A DNA stretch of 56,745 nt, filler included, from Sphacelaria rigidula (Eukaryota): the NCBI GenBank assembly GCA_964200075.2. It is 5 parts of 5 records of this genome, joined end to end, with 100 filler letters (N's around TTAATTAATTAA, not from the genome) between each part and the next. Parts side by side here need not be neighbours in the genome. Positions count along the whole stretch, not along the records: positions 11,371 to 22,640 come from CAXNAA020005141.1; positions 22,741 to 34,009 come from CAXNAA020005142.1; 3 more parts are not named here. One strand, given 5' to 3'. The notes beneath the pieces were generated by a model. The model saw only the letters and a program-made list of their open reading frames with translations, had not been told where the DNA came from and ran no database searches. Shown here piece after piece: positions 12,373-24,530 of this stretch (positions are counted from its first letter, which is position 1; every line of letters begins with the position of its first letter). Made by a program: the position numbers and the translations under genes.

Positions 12373-14256
12373 TGGTAGTGTTTTTTCTTTAATTCTCGCC
12401 TTTTCAGTGCACTTTGCCTCGTCTTTTTGCTTTCTGCATCTCCCGTTCTCGAGTTTCCTTAGCGATTGGCCAGTTTTTATTTGGTGGATGCTTCGGGTAT
12501 CAGTGAGTGAGTGTGCGATAGTCAGTCGAACCATCACGTCAACGCGCAAACAAACGTATACAACGTACACCGGCTGGAAAATGGCGTTTGACTCGTACAC
12601 ATAAGGTGGGCGCACTTGAAGGCGTGCGAGTAAAAACGATACATATATGCGGTATGGTGATCCACCACGCGAAATTAGTTCCTCATATTAGAGAGTTTCG
12701 GCAAAAGAATTATTGTCATTTCAGAGTGGAGAATAATAAAAAAAGTTGAGGGCATACCACATTTGACGGAGGGCAAAATGAGTTTTCGGTACACTCTGAT
12801 CCTGAGATATTTGCACTCTGAAAGGACAAAAAAGCGTTTTTCGAAACTCTCCATTAGCCCTTTTCATCTACCGCCCGTGGTCACACAGCCGTGGCACAAA
12901 AAAAGAGAGGAAAAAATAAATAAATACAACAATTCGCCCACCAATACGAAAAAACGGCGCCCCGCAGGACGGGGTTCTACAACACGTCAACGAAAAATAG
13001 TATAAACATACGCGAAATTATACGCACGACTCGAGAGAACGAATAAAAAATCGTTGAGTACACGGTACGCGCGCGCTGGAAGGTGACAAGGGCCAAATAC
13101 GGGAACCATACAGGTCAACATACCGAACAAATCAGGACAGCACAAGGTAAGGCAAGACAAGAAGACGCGACAACCGCCAGAGCATAGTAGGATTCAAGTA
13201 CAAGCCAAAGACAAATGAAATAATATGAAGAACGAAAAGTGCCTGCAAGTGAAAATGTGCGGGTACCGCGTTGCAGAGCAAAAAAGTATAGTCATGAACT
13301 CCACATATCCGTCAAATTTTTCGTCCTCGCAGATGAGTGGTTACGATGTGCATCCTGCCGTTCATGATATCAGCAGCCACAATCCCTTTGGGCATCAAGA
13401 GAAGTTGGCAACCTCCTTGCTATGCCCTACATTTTTCATTGAAACATTTGCTCCCTGCTTTTAGCCTAGACACAGCACGGCTTTCACATTCCCATACAAC
13501 AAAACTCACGCCAGATTCCACTTCTCGAGTAGTCTACTCGTAGCCTTGACCACGGCGACCGTTTCGCCGCTCGAGTATAAATCATAGTGGCATCTATATC
13601 TAGCAATAAGCATTCCCTTCGAACCCGAACTCCCGAAACGTCAACCGTTATTGACCGGGGGTACACGTGAACACTACCCTGTAAACATCACAACGGCAAT
13701 AGCTCATCGCATTTTTGCTGAAATGCCACGAACCCCCAAAATCTCCAAACCGTCCCGAGATTTTCATGACTGGCAACGGACTCTGCTTCCGCCGAATGAC
13801 CCTCAATCTCCAGAAGTACCAATGATGTCGTGGATGAGTGGCTAGGACGCTAGACGCGATCATATGTGTTGTTGCCGTAGCTTTAACCCAACCGGGGCTT
13901 CTCTGACTCTAAACTCCAGGCGAGATAATGGAAGGCAAAGATTACCCCACAAAGGAGCATTGAGTCGAGACAACAATGAAAACAGAAATATTGCGATGAG
14001 GGGATGCTCCAAAACTTCCACCCCGCGAACCGCCATTTGCAGCACCCCCACGGACTCGAAGGGTACCTTCCTCTTGCCGAAACACATAATCTGTTCTTTG
14101 TTTTTCAAACGTGACATTTTCATAGACCCAATGCCCATGGAACAACGAAGGAAAAAAAAAAAAAACAGGTACGAAAAATCAGTGGTGAGTAGAAGGTCGA
14201 GAAAACGCCATTTGTCGGTCCCTTGATTGCGAAAACTCGAGCAAACCGTGCGATCG

Positions 14257-14304
14257 TCAGAGGCGTCCTCCTCGTAGATATTTCGACTCGATCCGCCCGA
14301 TGGT
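14257..14304 (-). CDS. STIL: STIL-like terminal exon TIGRIESKYLRGGRL*
   Basis: gatgcag| acceptor in phase 0, 48 nt ending in TGA; supplies the STAN-like I..KYL motif. Not in the ORF track. Confidence 0.75.
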   Translation of the reverse strand, partial: TIGRIESKYLRGGRL

Positions 14305-17300
14305 CTGCATCATTTGCGCGTGAGCAGGGTGTGTTTCCGCCGTTTTGGTTTGGTTTTGAGATCAGCCAGATGATGCAAGGCAGCGATGTCAAGGAGAAAG
14401 GCACGGAATCCATGCACCCATCGAGGAGGGCCGCATAGGCCATAGAAATGTGACGAGAGGAGGGGTAGAGCGGGAGGGGAGACGGCCGGGGGGCGGGGGC
14501 AGGTGCGGGGAAGGAGGTTGGTTTCAGGAGAGATGGGGGAGGTTGGGTGTTGCAAATGGGCTCCACAAATACATGAATCCGTCGACCAAAATATGCAGCC
14601 AATCATGGCTATGTGACACTCAAATTGCACCAGTCGCACCACACGCAACAATAAGCAGTGTACAAGCCCCATACCCACCGCCCCGACTCCATGGAAGTGT
14701 TGAAACGCAGGAGTAATCACTTTGCAAAAAAAAACAGATACAACAAACCTCCGTGCACGTCTTCAACCCAATGACTGCATGGAGATCGGGTCTTCGCTGG
14801 AGCATTCGTATATTGAAATCAGTCTACGTGCCTCCGCAGTGGCATGCATGGACTCACTGGAAAGATGAATGCTTATGGACTTCGCAGTCAGATGGGTTAC
14901 TTCGCATTCGGAAGGGTTGACTCACCTCGCCCTCGTCGAAATCCGAGTCAGCTTCGTCGTCCGTGAGCTGTCCAAATTCGATCCTCGGCACAACCAACAG
15001 ATCCGTTATTGCAGTCACGGGCAGTACTCCTGAAGTTGCAGCCGCCGACATTGACGCCGACACAACTCGACACCCGTCCGCAGAAGACATCCGTCGCCAG
15101 TAGCCGCGATCAGCACCGTCACTCCCACCCCCGTGTCTCCCTGTAGAACCCGTGAAATAACCGTCTACAGACTCACCGCCGACCCGTCGCGCCCTGCCGC
15201 TGCGGCCGTCCTTCCCGTTGCGTATATTGTCAGCATCGTAGGGATGATGTTCCCTCTTTGTTTTGTCTTCACAGCTTGGTGTGCGTGTCGCTCGTCCTTG
15301 TGGCCGCCGTCGACCGTGCGTTCGTGTTCGACGTGCCGCCGCACCTGGCTCTCCCCGCGCTTCGTCAGCGCTCTCAGGTGCAGCAACGCGGCGTTTCTCG
15401 GTTGTGCTGCGACGATGATCGGCAATTGACGGGAAGCCGCCCGGTCTCTCGTCACCGCCGCCGCCTACAGGTGCAGTGGCACCAACCGCTGTCTCCGACG
15501 ATGCATCGGCGCTTCGCACCATCCCCTCTGCATCGTCCTCTCGGTCTTGTTCGTGCGTTGTCCCTGACCAAGCCCGCGCACTGCCATCATCGGAATCTGT
15601 GTCTTCAACGACGACCGCACAACCAACTGATGCCACTGGAATACCACGACTCGGCGCCGTCTCCGCTGCCGCGGCCGCCGTACACCCTCGTTTCCGTCTG
15701 TCGTGCTCCACTGCGGGAACATTGTGACTACTAGCCTTGGCCCGTTCGGAGACCCCCCGATCTCGCTCCCCTGATGAGGCTCGACCGTCACCACTGGGTG
15801 AGCCAGGTACTCGAAGAAGCGCAGACGGGGGCAACGTGACGAACGAACACTCGTCTAAACCAGAACCCCCGCCACCGTCGTCACCATCGCTACCGCCGAA
15901 CCCAGCACTCTTCTCTTCCTCTCCCTCATCCTCACCATCGTCGGTCCTACTGTCACTCCCCTGTTTTCTACCTCGACAATTACCCCACGGGAGACCGGTT
16001 TCGCTACTATTCCGGAGAGAGCCAACTGCCCTGCTTCCCAGACCTTCCCATCCGCCGATGGCGGCGCTGTCGGCGATATTTTGGCTTACCTCTTCTCCAT
16101 GGTTACTCGGGTAACGGAGCACAGGAGGCTGACGATCGGGAGGGGTATCGTCGCCATTGTCGATGTTTGTCGCTGTCCTCCTCCTCCTCCTTATCCTCCC
16201 TGTCGGTGGTGATGGTGTTCGCAGAGGCGAAGCTGGCGCCCGCGCCTGCTGCTGCTGCCGATTGTCTAAGCGCGGACTGTTTCCCACTTCCGGTAGCTGC
16301 TGTTGCTGTTGGTTCTGCTGCTGCATTATCACGAAGTCCCCTTCATTTCTCCGAGCTATGCTAGCCACAGTGCTGCTGTTGTTGCCGAAACAATCGTTGC
16401 TGTCGTTACCATCAGGCTCAACTCCGGCCCTTTCAGTACCCGAACAACCGTTGCCATCTGCAGAGAGACGCAGCGCATCTGTCCACACGCAGCTAGTGTT
16501 GGTGCTCGCCTCTACCATTCTCCCGACCGTCGTTCCGCCCTCCGCGGCTGCCCCTTCCCCCAGTTCCCCCAGCTGTGTCGTTTTCCCCCTAGTTGTTGCT
16601 CTCCCGACGAAAACCCTTGTCGCGGGGGAGGTTTCTTGGTGAATGGGAGGCTGACCGGCGACAGCGGCAGCGGCAGCGGTCGCATTTTCCCTCATCTCCG
16701 ACTGAAGCGAACGCAACTGAGCCTCCAGGCTCAATAACTGTCGCTGCTGCGCCAGCAACAAGTCTCTCGCGGCGGGGTCTAGCGATCGCAGATCAAGATC
16801 GAGCTGTTTCGACCCCGTGAATCCTGATCCCGATGCTGCAGAACCAACACCAGCGGTATTATCGTTCGGTGAAGTCGGCGCATCACCTGCTACCGCCCTT
16901 GCTGTCGATGACGGCGGCGGCGATTTCTGTGAAAATGCCACAGCAGCAGCGCTCGGAAGCACTGTCGAGGCAACACTGGAATCATGATGCCGTTCCGTGG
17001 GTTCCGCGCGTTCCACGGAACCTGGGGGGTCAGGAGGCTTATTCTCGTCCCCCACTTCCGTCGGCACCCCGCCGCGAAGATAAGACTGTTCACACGTTGA
17101 CGGCGAAGCTAGGTCTATTCGGAAAGGGGGCGTTCTTTCCACAACATTGACGGACGCGTCTTGTAGATCGAACGAGGGGCGTAGGGCGCCCCCTTGGTTC
17201 GGCTTCGTTGTTGGCGTCGACGGCGCTTGGTGATATCCAAAGTCTGCGCCGCTCTGACCACGAACGTTGTTCGTGCTCGTGTCTTCTGCCGAAGAGGTGG

Positions 17301-20300
17301 AAGCAGCCGCAGGCGAGCACTTGTCTTTGCTCCTCGAAGATGGGGTGGGCGACGGCGAAGCGGAATCTGCGCGGAGACTTGTAGGCTGAGACAAGAAACG
17401 CCGACAAGGGGGGAGGGAAGGTAGCCGTGATATTCTCCCCTCGCGCTTGGGTGTGGTTCCGGTATTCTTGGCCATTTGGTCACCCAGGGCTACCACTGGT
17501 GGGTATACCGAGGAAGAAGAGTGTACCTTGGCACCCTGACTTTTGTAGCTGCAACGTTCTGCACGATTTTTAGGATTCAGGTTACGGAGGGCGACTTGGA
17601 TGATATACTGGTCTCAACCCCTCGGCACAAGCAAGTCTTACACAAACAAGCAATCAGACCTCACGTTTACCCCCAAATAGCGTTAAATCCATGGTCATTA
17701 ATTCGTAAGTTATGGAGCAGCAAAATATCTTCGACAAATAACAAGATGAATCCATGAGCACAAGCACAACAGCAGCAAGACACCTCACCGGCGTTCAAAT
17801 GACTAAACAAAAAAATCAACAGCCTCAAACGTAATGAAGGTTCCAACCGACGAAGAAGTATGCGGCAAGTTTTCGCCCCACCGCCGCACGTCTCTTGTTT
17901 AGTTACTTTGGTACCTTTGTCGGAGCTGCCATGGGTGTTGGGGCCTGCAGGGGCTGGTTCGGTTCGCCATGATCCCGGAATTCTTCGCTGTCGGCTGTAG
18001 CACCGTCTTGCGATGTGGTGGCGTGATGCCTCACGTGCCACCTTGCGCCACTCGGTTCCATTTTTGATGTCACGAGGGTCGGTTGTTGGGTCCTTGGGGG
18101 CCCACTTTGTGGTCTCGGGGTGGCGGGGTAGGACCGTGCGGGCTGCTCCACCCTGTCAATTCTGTCAACAACGAAATGTGAGACGAAATTCGGTGTGTGA
18201 CATCGAGTACACGTGTGTGTCGCTTTCATGGCGAGATAGTCAGCCTAGGCTACGGTAGGAGCTTCTGTTCTCTTTCTCGGGAATGCGTAGAGCATGCGTG
18301 GCAACGTGACCAGCGCGCGACAGCTGGGTACGACCTTCAAGTTTCATGTTGTCTACAGTGCAATGGAGCGGATATTGCGAGGAGGGGCAGCGTGCCTCGA
18401 GGGTGACCGTCCTAAAATGAGGGGAAGGGGGCGTAGATTTCCAACAAATCCTGTGTAGACGACCAAACTATGCCGGAGAAACAACAACCATTGTAAAGCG
18501 TGAAATCACCTGGGAGAGGTCATGCACACCGACGTTGAAGCCGACAACAATGACTGCTGCTGCGCTCGCCGAAAAGGTTCCACAAACGCTGAGTTAGACA
18601 CGCGACGCAGTCTCCCGATAACGACCACCCGCTCAAGACTACGACCACCACCGCTGCCGCCAATGACCTTTCCCTCTCGCCCCTCCCGCATTTTTGCCCC
18701 CCCTTCACGCGTGTCCCTTTCCTCCGCGACAACAACATCCACGTCGGCGGAAAAATCCAGCTGCTCGAAGCCAGCGGACGCCACGCTATTAGTCTTGCTA
18801 CCGCTACCGCTCCCATCCGAGCTGCCCGTAGCGCTGCCCTCGAAAAAGCGAGGCGCTCCACCAGAGACCCCACCGACCACGTGGAGCACAAGGAAGTATG
18901 GTTCCTCAAAAGCTGTTTGTGGTGCTGCTTTAGTCGGCATCTCGGCGGCGCCACCATCGGCACTTCCGCCGGCCGGCCTGGCACCGTCTTGAGCTGCTCC
19001 GGTGCGCTGCTGCGCAGCGCGCGTCGTCAACAGCCTCAAATATCTCAGGCACGCGGAGTACGTGAGGGGATGCTGAAATGGGGACGGCGGAGGGCCATGC
19101 GGTTGCTCTCTTGTGGCTGTCGAGTTGCCGCCACCGCCACCATCGCCGCCGGAGACCCAAACGCCTACGATCGGTACCCGCAGAGAGAGAGGGTCCGTAT
19201 CCGAGAGGAGGACCGCGCGACGTCCTTCATTGAGGGTTAGCAACCTAATTGTTGTACCAGGGAGGTTAGGACGGGGAGAGGGGGCATAAAACGCAGAAAC
19301 GTGGGAACAAGTATCCCGCTATTTCGGTGCGGGAATACGCCGGCAGCTTGTCTCGAGTTTGCAAATATGTTCCGACAAAGACCAAACGATGTACATTCGT
19401 GGGTGGGTTCCCCTCTCTAGACTAGACAAGATGCATATGCGGTAAAACCAATGGGATTCCACAAAACATTCCAGATTTTGACGAAATGAAAACTGATCGA
19501 CCCCAGCAACGACTGCGGACTTTCGTGCAGTAAACACACCCTCTCCCTGTCTAACCTCTCCCGTCGTTGCCCCCAACCAACACTGAAAACACCCTGGTGC
19601 AGTCGACGTGGTTCGCTTCGTTCTTACCCGCTCTGAGGCTTGTCTTCAGCCCCCCGTGTCAGCAGGCTCTGATACAACGCCGTGTGCAACAGCGCCAGAG
19701 GGGCGATGGGCGTCAACTTTATAACCAACGCGGGGAGGATCATCTCGCCTCTCAGCGACAATGTCACCGTTCGTGTGTCAGCCTTTGATTCCAACCGTCG
19801 CCCACCGCCGCTAGCAGTCTTCCTCATTTCGTCCCGCTTCAGTGAACAATGGAGGCGGAGAGGCATAAAGAGAGCCGGACTTGCAGACCTTGCCGGTGCC
19901 GCGGTTTCTTCCAAGTATGCGCCCATGAGTGCTCTGTGCGGGAGCGGTATTGTTGGTTCAGGTGGTATTTCAAAAGGGGAGTACGATGTTGGCGACGGTA
20001 TCAACAGGATGGGGGGACAGAGAGTCGGGAAAGTGGGACAAAGGATGGTCAGACCTGGTACGTTTGTATCGTTTTTTTGTTGTTGCAACTGCGCGCGAGT
20101 GTGTGCGCTACCTAAGCGGCGCTCGTTACCTCGGTACACGAAACTGCGACAACATCATCACTAGGCTTCTACTTATTATGCTAGCATAATTTCAGGCATG
20201 ATTCCACCTTGGTAGCATAAATAGCATCGCGTTTCAGCAAAGAGCATAATCGAGCATTATTTTTCACCACAGGGGTGGGAACATGGGTCTGAATCCTGGC

Positions 20301-22406
20301 CTGCTGTGATATTCTGGGCGAAAAACTCTGCTATAATCGACCGCGGGTCTGAAATACGTGTATGCTCTAAAACAGGTCAATCAAACTGTCAGTCCGATCG
20401 ATCGCAGGTCTGAAAAACGTTCACACACGACCATTTGGCTACCCCCCAAAATACCTCCGGAGGGATGCGCGGCCCCACAGAGGCAAAACAAGCCTCCGGG
20501 GGCCTTCACTCCCTCTGGAGGCTCGAAAAGTTCACCGACCTGGAGGAATTTTGGGGGTAGCCAAATGGCCGCGTATGTTTTCATGAATGCACACGACACA
20601 AAATATGAACACGTACAATGTACTGTACAACCTGTAGTCTAAAATACACCGCGCACGGCGTACAGCGCACAGCACAGCACAGCAGATCAGCAGATCAACA
20701 GATCTTGGCTTACCATTTTTTTCCGTGTGTTTTGGTTCTTCTTGTCTACTCAAGTATTTTCCCCAATTTCTATTCCTTTGTGTGTCTCTCTTTGTGCCCC
20801 TTGTTTTCTGGGTTGTACCCATCTCGCGACCTCGGCTGGATTCGAAGCGGCATCGGTTCATGCGAGACAATCAATCTAACAATCATTCATTAATCAAATG
20901 TCAGCTTTTCGTTTGTCGTTGTCCTTGGATACGAGCTCCTCGACATGACACAGGCGACGAGTCAACACATGATGTGGTTTCGTGAGTTGTCATTTTGAGG
21001 GTGGTGACGAGCTGCGTACAACGTACCCTGATTGTGCCAAATTGTAGTGGATATTCGTATCAGCAGGTTGCCTGCCATGTGTTTAGTCTCTAAGGCAGTT
21101 GGGGGGCCGGCATAAAGCACAGGATGCAGTACAGAGAGTGCGCGATGATATACAATGATGCACCGTGTACGACAACCGGAAAATACGGCATTCAATCGTA
21201 CTAATGCAGGTATGCAGTACTTTGTATATATAAAACATGAGTACACCGTAGTATGTCTTTGTTCGTTTAGATATTTTGTTTGCCTTCCTCTGCGGGCTGC
21301 TTGATTTACGGGTATGGGTGGTATGCTCCTTGCACTCTGTGGCCAAAGGGTTCGTGAGATCGAGGTAATGTGACGAACACAATGATAGTAATAATAACAA
21401 GTGGTCGTTGGGTCTGTATCCGGTCGGAAATGGCATCCTTGTTGGATATTACGAGCATAATCGAGCATAAATTTCACGTTGCGAGGATAAGTCGAGCGTA
21501 TATTTTTTGAAAATGCGAGCATAAATCGAGCACAAACTCCACCTCACGAGCATAAAATAATAACCCTACTAGCATAATAAGTAGAAGTCTGATCACAGAA
21601 ACCTCGTGAGTTTGCCAATGCATGGGTCCGTCTGCCCATACATCTGTGCTGAAAAATGGTTCCCGGACGCACAGAAATCCTTATTCATATATGTAAATCA
21701 CCAGCACCTTTCAGAGCCCCTGTAAGTCCGCCAACCATCAACATACGCTCGTCAGCCCCGGACCGGAACTTAAAAATAGTCAAAACACTACAGTATGCAT
21801 TGTCACCCCCATGGTCCGCCCTCACCGATATCTTTCCTCCGAACAAGCTTCCGCCGCCGGACCCTCATCTCCAAGCTGCTGCCATCCTCCACCCTCGACA
21901 CCAAGAGCCACCAACTCGCCCTCTACAGCCAGCACCCCAACGCGGGCTTCCCGAACTGGCTGTCCCTGCCTTTGCACTTTATCACTCGACCACCGACTGC
22001 CGCCGCCGCCGCCGCCGTTGCCAGCACCCGCAATAACGGCGTGATGAGCCAAGGTATCTTTTTCCATAAGATCCAAGATTTCGAGTGCCGTGCGTGAAGG
22101 AGCGGTGGCGGCGCGGGGGTCATCTGTTCGTCCACGGGGCAGGATGTTGGCGACTGGTCCCAGAACGCCTTGCCATCGTAATGAAATTTGTTCGGGAGGC
22201 CTGCAAGATGGGGAGACGTCGTCGGGAGAGCGGTGTACAGGTTGGATGCAGGAGGGGAGATTTTTATGGACAAAGAAACTGTGCTTCTCCGAAGGCAGAC
22301 CAAAGGCTCCGTGTTCTAGCCTGAGGTTCAATGCGACCCGAATACTCCGGGTGTTACACTGAATCGAGCGGTGACATTTGACGCATTCGGCGGCAAGAAA
22401 GTACAT
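14257..22406 (-). CDS. STIL: STIL/SAS-5/Ana2-like centriole duplication protein. Exons: 22406 (or acceptor near 22200)-21826, 19933-19628, 19244-18510, 18161-17907, 17548-14926, 14304-14257. 5' end uncertain
   Basis: Spliced STIL_N motifs LTPIAPLALLHTAL...SG|LLTLNEGRRAVLLSDTDPLSLRVPIVGVWVSG...ACLRYL...FLVL...PRFFE resemble vertebrate GFLTMDETRKLLLLLESDPK..LPLVGIWLSG. Central coiled coil LDPAARDLLLAQQRQLLSLEAQLRSL; C-terminal VPRIEF...E|TIGRIESKYL is STAN-like. All introns are GT-AG with consistent phases. Confidence 0.82.
14926..17548 (-). CDS. STIL: STIL-like large exon (coiled coil plus disordered region)
   Basis: 880-aa ORF; ttgcag|C acceptor, GAG|gtgagt donor. Confidence 0.85.
17907..18161 (-). 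CDS. STIL: STIL-like probable exon (symmetric phase 2)
   Basis: gacag|A acceptor, AA|gtaac donor, 255 nt open frame; low complexity with no diagnostic motif. Confidence 0.5.
18510..19244 (-). CDS. STIL: STIL-like exon (STIL_N core)
   Basis: ttag|G acceptor, AG|gtgat donor, 735 nt; DPLSLRVPIVGVWVSG motif. Confidence 0.85.
19628..19933 (-). CDS. STIL: STIL-like exon
   Basis: cacag| acceptor, GG|gtaag donor, 306 nt; KLTPIAPLALLHTAL motif. Confidence 0.8.
20162..21591. mobile_element. Non-autonomous TIR DNA transposon in a STIL intron
   Basis: TIRs TAGGCTTCTACTTATTATGCTAG / CTAGCATAATAAGTAGAAGTCTG; ATCAC direct repeat on both flanks; clustered GAGCATA subterminal motifs at both ends. Confidence 0.8.
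20425..20574. mobile_element. Small MITE nested in the 1.4-kb TIR element
   Basis: TIRs CGACCATTTGGCTACCCCCCAAAAT / ATTTTGGGGGTAGCCAAATGGCCG. Confidence 0.8.
21826..22406 (-). CDS. STIL: STIL-like first visible exon (start uncertain)
   Basis: The ORF ends EERYR at CG|GTGAGG, a phase-2 donor matching the phase-2 acceptor at 19933. Confidence 0.55.
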
Positions 22407-22520
22407 TCATAGCATGGCGCGCGCCCAAAATTTGTTGAGAGTAGCAACAAACGCGACCTATACGAAGGGTCCGAGTCTAATCCCCAACTCCATCCCCAAC
22501 TCCACAACAATGTACTATCG

Positions 22521-22571
<51 letters not shown>

Positions 22572-22640
22572 CGCCCGTTCTGCTGCCGCCCAACGCCTCA
22601 GCGCCCACCCGCGGGCGGCGGGAGGCTGGTGTCGCAGAAC

Positions 22641-22740
22641 NNNNNNNNNNNNNNNNNNNNNNNNNNNNNNNNNNNNNNNNNNNNTTAATTAATTAANNNN
22701 NNNNNNNNNNNNNNNNNNNNNNNNNNNNNNNNNNNNNNNN
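22641..22740. other. Artificial contig spacer
   Basis: 100-nt N/TTAATTAATTAA block. Confidence 0.97.
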
Positions 22741-22810
22741 AGAATCGTTAGGAGCCCCTGAACCAGACAAAATTTCGCGAAAAAAGTGCACCCCTACCGT
22801 AGCATTGCTC
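22741..22810. mobile_element. Right end of a MITE of the 33703 family (cut by the contig start)
   Basis: TTTCGCGAAAAAAGTGCACCCCTACCGTAGCATTGCTC matches 33900-33936; GTTAGGAGCCC matches 33751. Confidence 0.75.
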
Positions 22811-23081
22811 AGACCTACGTGGCATTCTGTGCGTGGACAATTGAGCGTATGTCACACACAAACAACAAACGATCAGCAAACATCGACCGTGACACATGAC
22901 TCCACGCTGCAACGACTGGCTACCAGTAGGCGGTAGTGGAGTTGCAACACCACACCCATGACCCGTTCGCGCGCACCAGTGCGGCGAATCGTACACTTAG
23001 CGCACGCTTCACTACATCTGCCGGCGTACCTGTCCGTTGAAGCAGGGCGCGAATAATTATAGACACGCAGCAAATGCACAC

Positions 23082-23372
23082 CTTCATAGCTATGGTTTCT
23101 CTTCCCTGCCCCCGACACTCGTCCTGCACACGCTCCATCCACATAGATTCCGCCTGACCATAATCGTAGATGCGATCGCTGAGATACGAGTAGGAGTTGG
23201 GGTGTATGGATACTGCAGATGTATTGGATCCCGCAGACATTGCAGCCCACGTATGTATAGTCATTCCCGAGCCGCCGCTTCTAGCGCTGGCTGTGGGGCT
23301 CACTCTTCCACCTTCTCCTAAAGATGGTACGCGTCCAACACCACCATCACGACGACCTGTAGAATTTGCCAT
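23082..23372 (-). CDS. Possible first coding exon of an unidentified gene, divergent from the MYB gene
   Basis: ATCATGGC start, 97 codons of plausible composition, ending at AAG|gtgtgc donor; no recognisable domain. Confidence 0.35.
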
Positions 23373-24236
23373 GATGCGCTATGCAGTGAGGACGCAGTCA
23401 GCTGTGCAGCGGAGGAGGGAAGCAGTTGTGTTGAAAAAACGCCGACATTATGTTATCCTCCACGATCTTTTCGCACCATCACTGCCAACACCCGATGTCC
23501 CAATGCTCGTCTTACAAGAGTAGTAGACGGCACTAACTATGTTTCCCTGTGAGCCAGCGCACATATATGCTACTGTGTTGTAAGTTCAGTGTAGTTAGCA
23601 CCATGTATTTGCGCTTGATCCTGCCACTGGCCCCTTCGTATCTGTTCCATGTGGTTGCGGGATGACATATCAATATAACAATGTGAAGGGTCACCCAATC
23701 CCCGACGATCTTTGTAAAGTAGGCAAATTAATCATGTCATAGTATATCCATCCCGTACGTGATGAACGAAATAGTCATGCCCATTCATGCCCCAGCTTTA
23801 AAAGACATACATGTACCGGAAGAGGGGATCGTCGTACAGTATCTCCGTTCCTTCCAGCAGCTCTCTCTGTGCCGTATCCGAATCTGGCTCACCCTGTACA
23901 CCGTACTCCCAATAACCTGTTTGCATGGTCATCTCTACCGCAGTGGGTAGAGCGCGTCGGTAGCGTGAACCCACTACGCGCTGTAGATACTTCAGCAGGA
24001 TTATATCTTTCCGACTACGCTTCATTGCGCGCGCGATTGCAAGGCTGGCTCGGAGCATACATAATCGTCATCGTCGTCATCATATATATATATATATATG
24101 TGTGTATTGATCGCGAATTCATACGATCAATGCACGAAAACTTCCGGCCGTAAGTATTGCACATACTGAGCGCCAGCTCGGGCGAATTGCAGCCAAGCGG
24201 CGACTGCCTATCCTAGCTGCAAACATATATGTTGTA

Positions 24237-24530
24237 ATGTCTGCAGGTATCCGACGCCGCGCTCGGTCAGCGGTACCGTCAACGCCGGCAGTAGAGGTAA
24301 ACGAACAGAAGAGTGGAGGACAGTTTGTCGAATATTCCCAGGAGTTGCTGCCGGCGAAAGAGTTGCAGGGAGCGGCCGCGATTCTCGGGGCGGAGACAGG
24401 TGGGGGGGGAGTCTGTGGCGGCGAGTACGAGGAAGTGGGTGATGCGGAGGATGGCGACATGCATCTAGGGAGCCGGAAGCCTGAGCTCCGAGCGTGGGCA
24501 AGAATGGAAGACGATACGATAGCACGACTG
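24237..24530 (+). CDS. MYB: MYB exon 1
   Basis: ATG to CTG|gtatgt; ends with the first helix of repeat R2. Start codon is not certain. Confidence 0.8.

Noticed and set aside
15133..17424. Many overlapping plus-strand and alternative-frame ORFs
   Set aside because: They are shadows of the GC-rich STIL exon; the same applies to antisense ORFs over MYB and GT48.
22520..22568. Poly-Pro ORF from a long C homopolymer
   Set aside because: It is a homopolymer near a contig end, like those at about 11195, 44993 and 56714; length is unreliable.
23798..24058. Additional minus-strand coding exon upstream of 23372
   Set aside because: The available donors are phase 2 and do not join in frame to the 23372 ORF.
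21826..24237. STIL and MYB as a head-to-head pair, with 23082-23372 as STIL exon 1
   Set aside because: They are separated by an artificial spacer between probably unlinked contigs, and the exon phases do not match.
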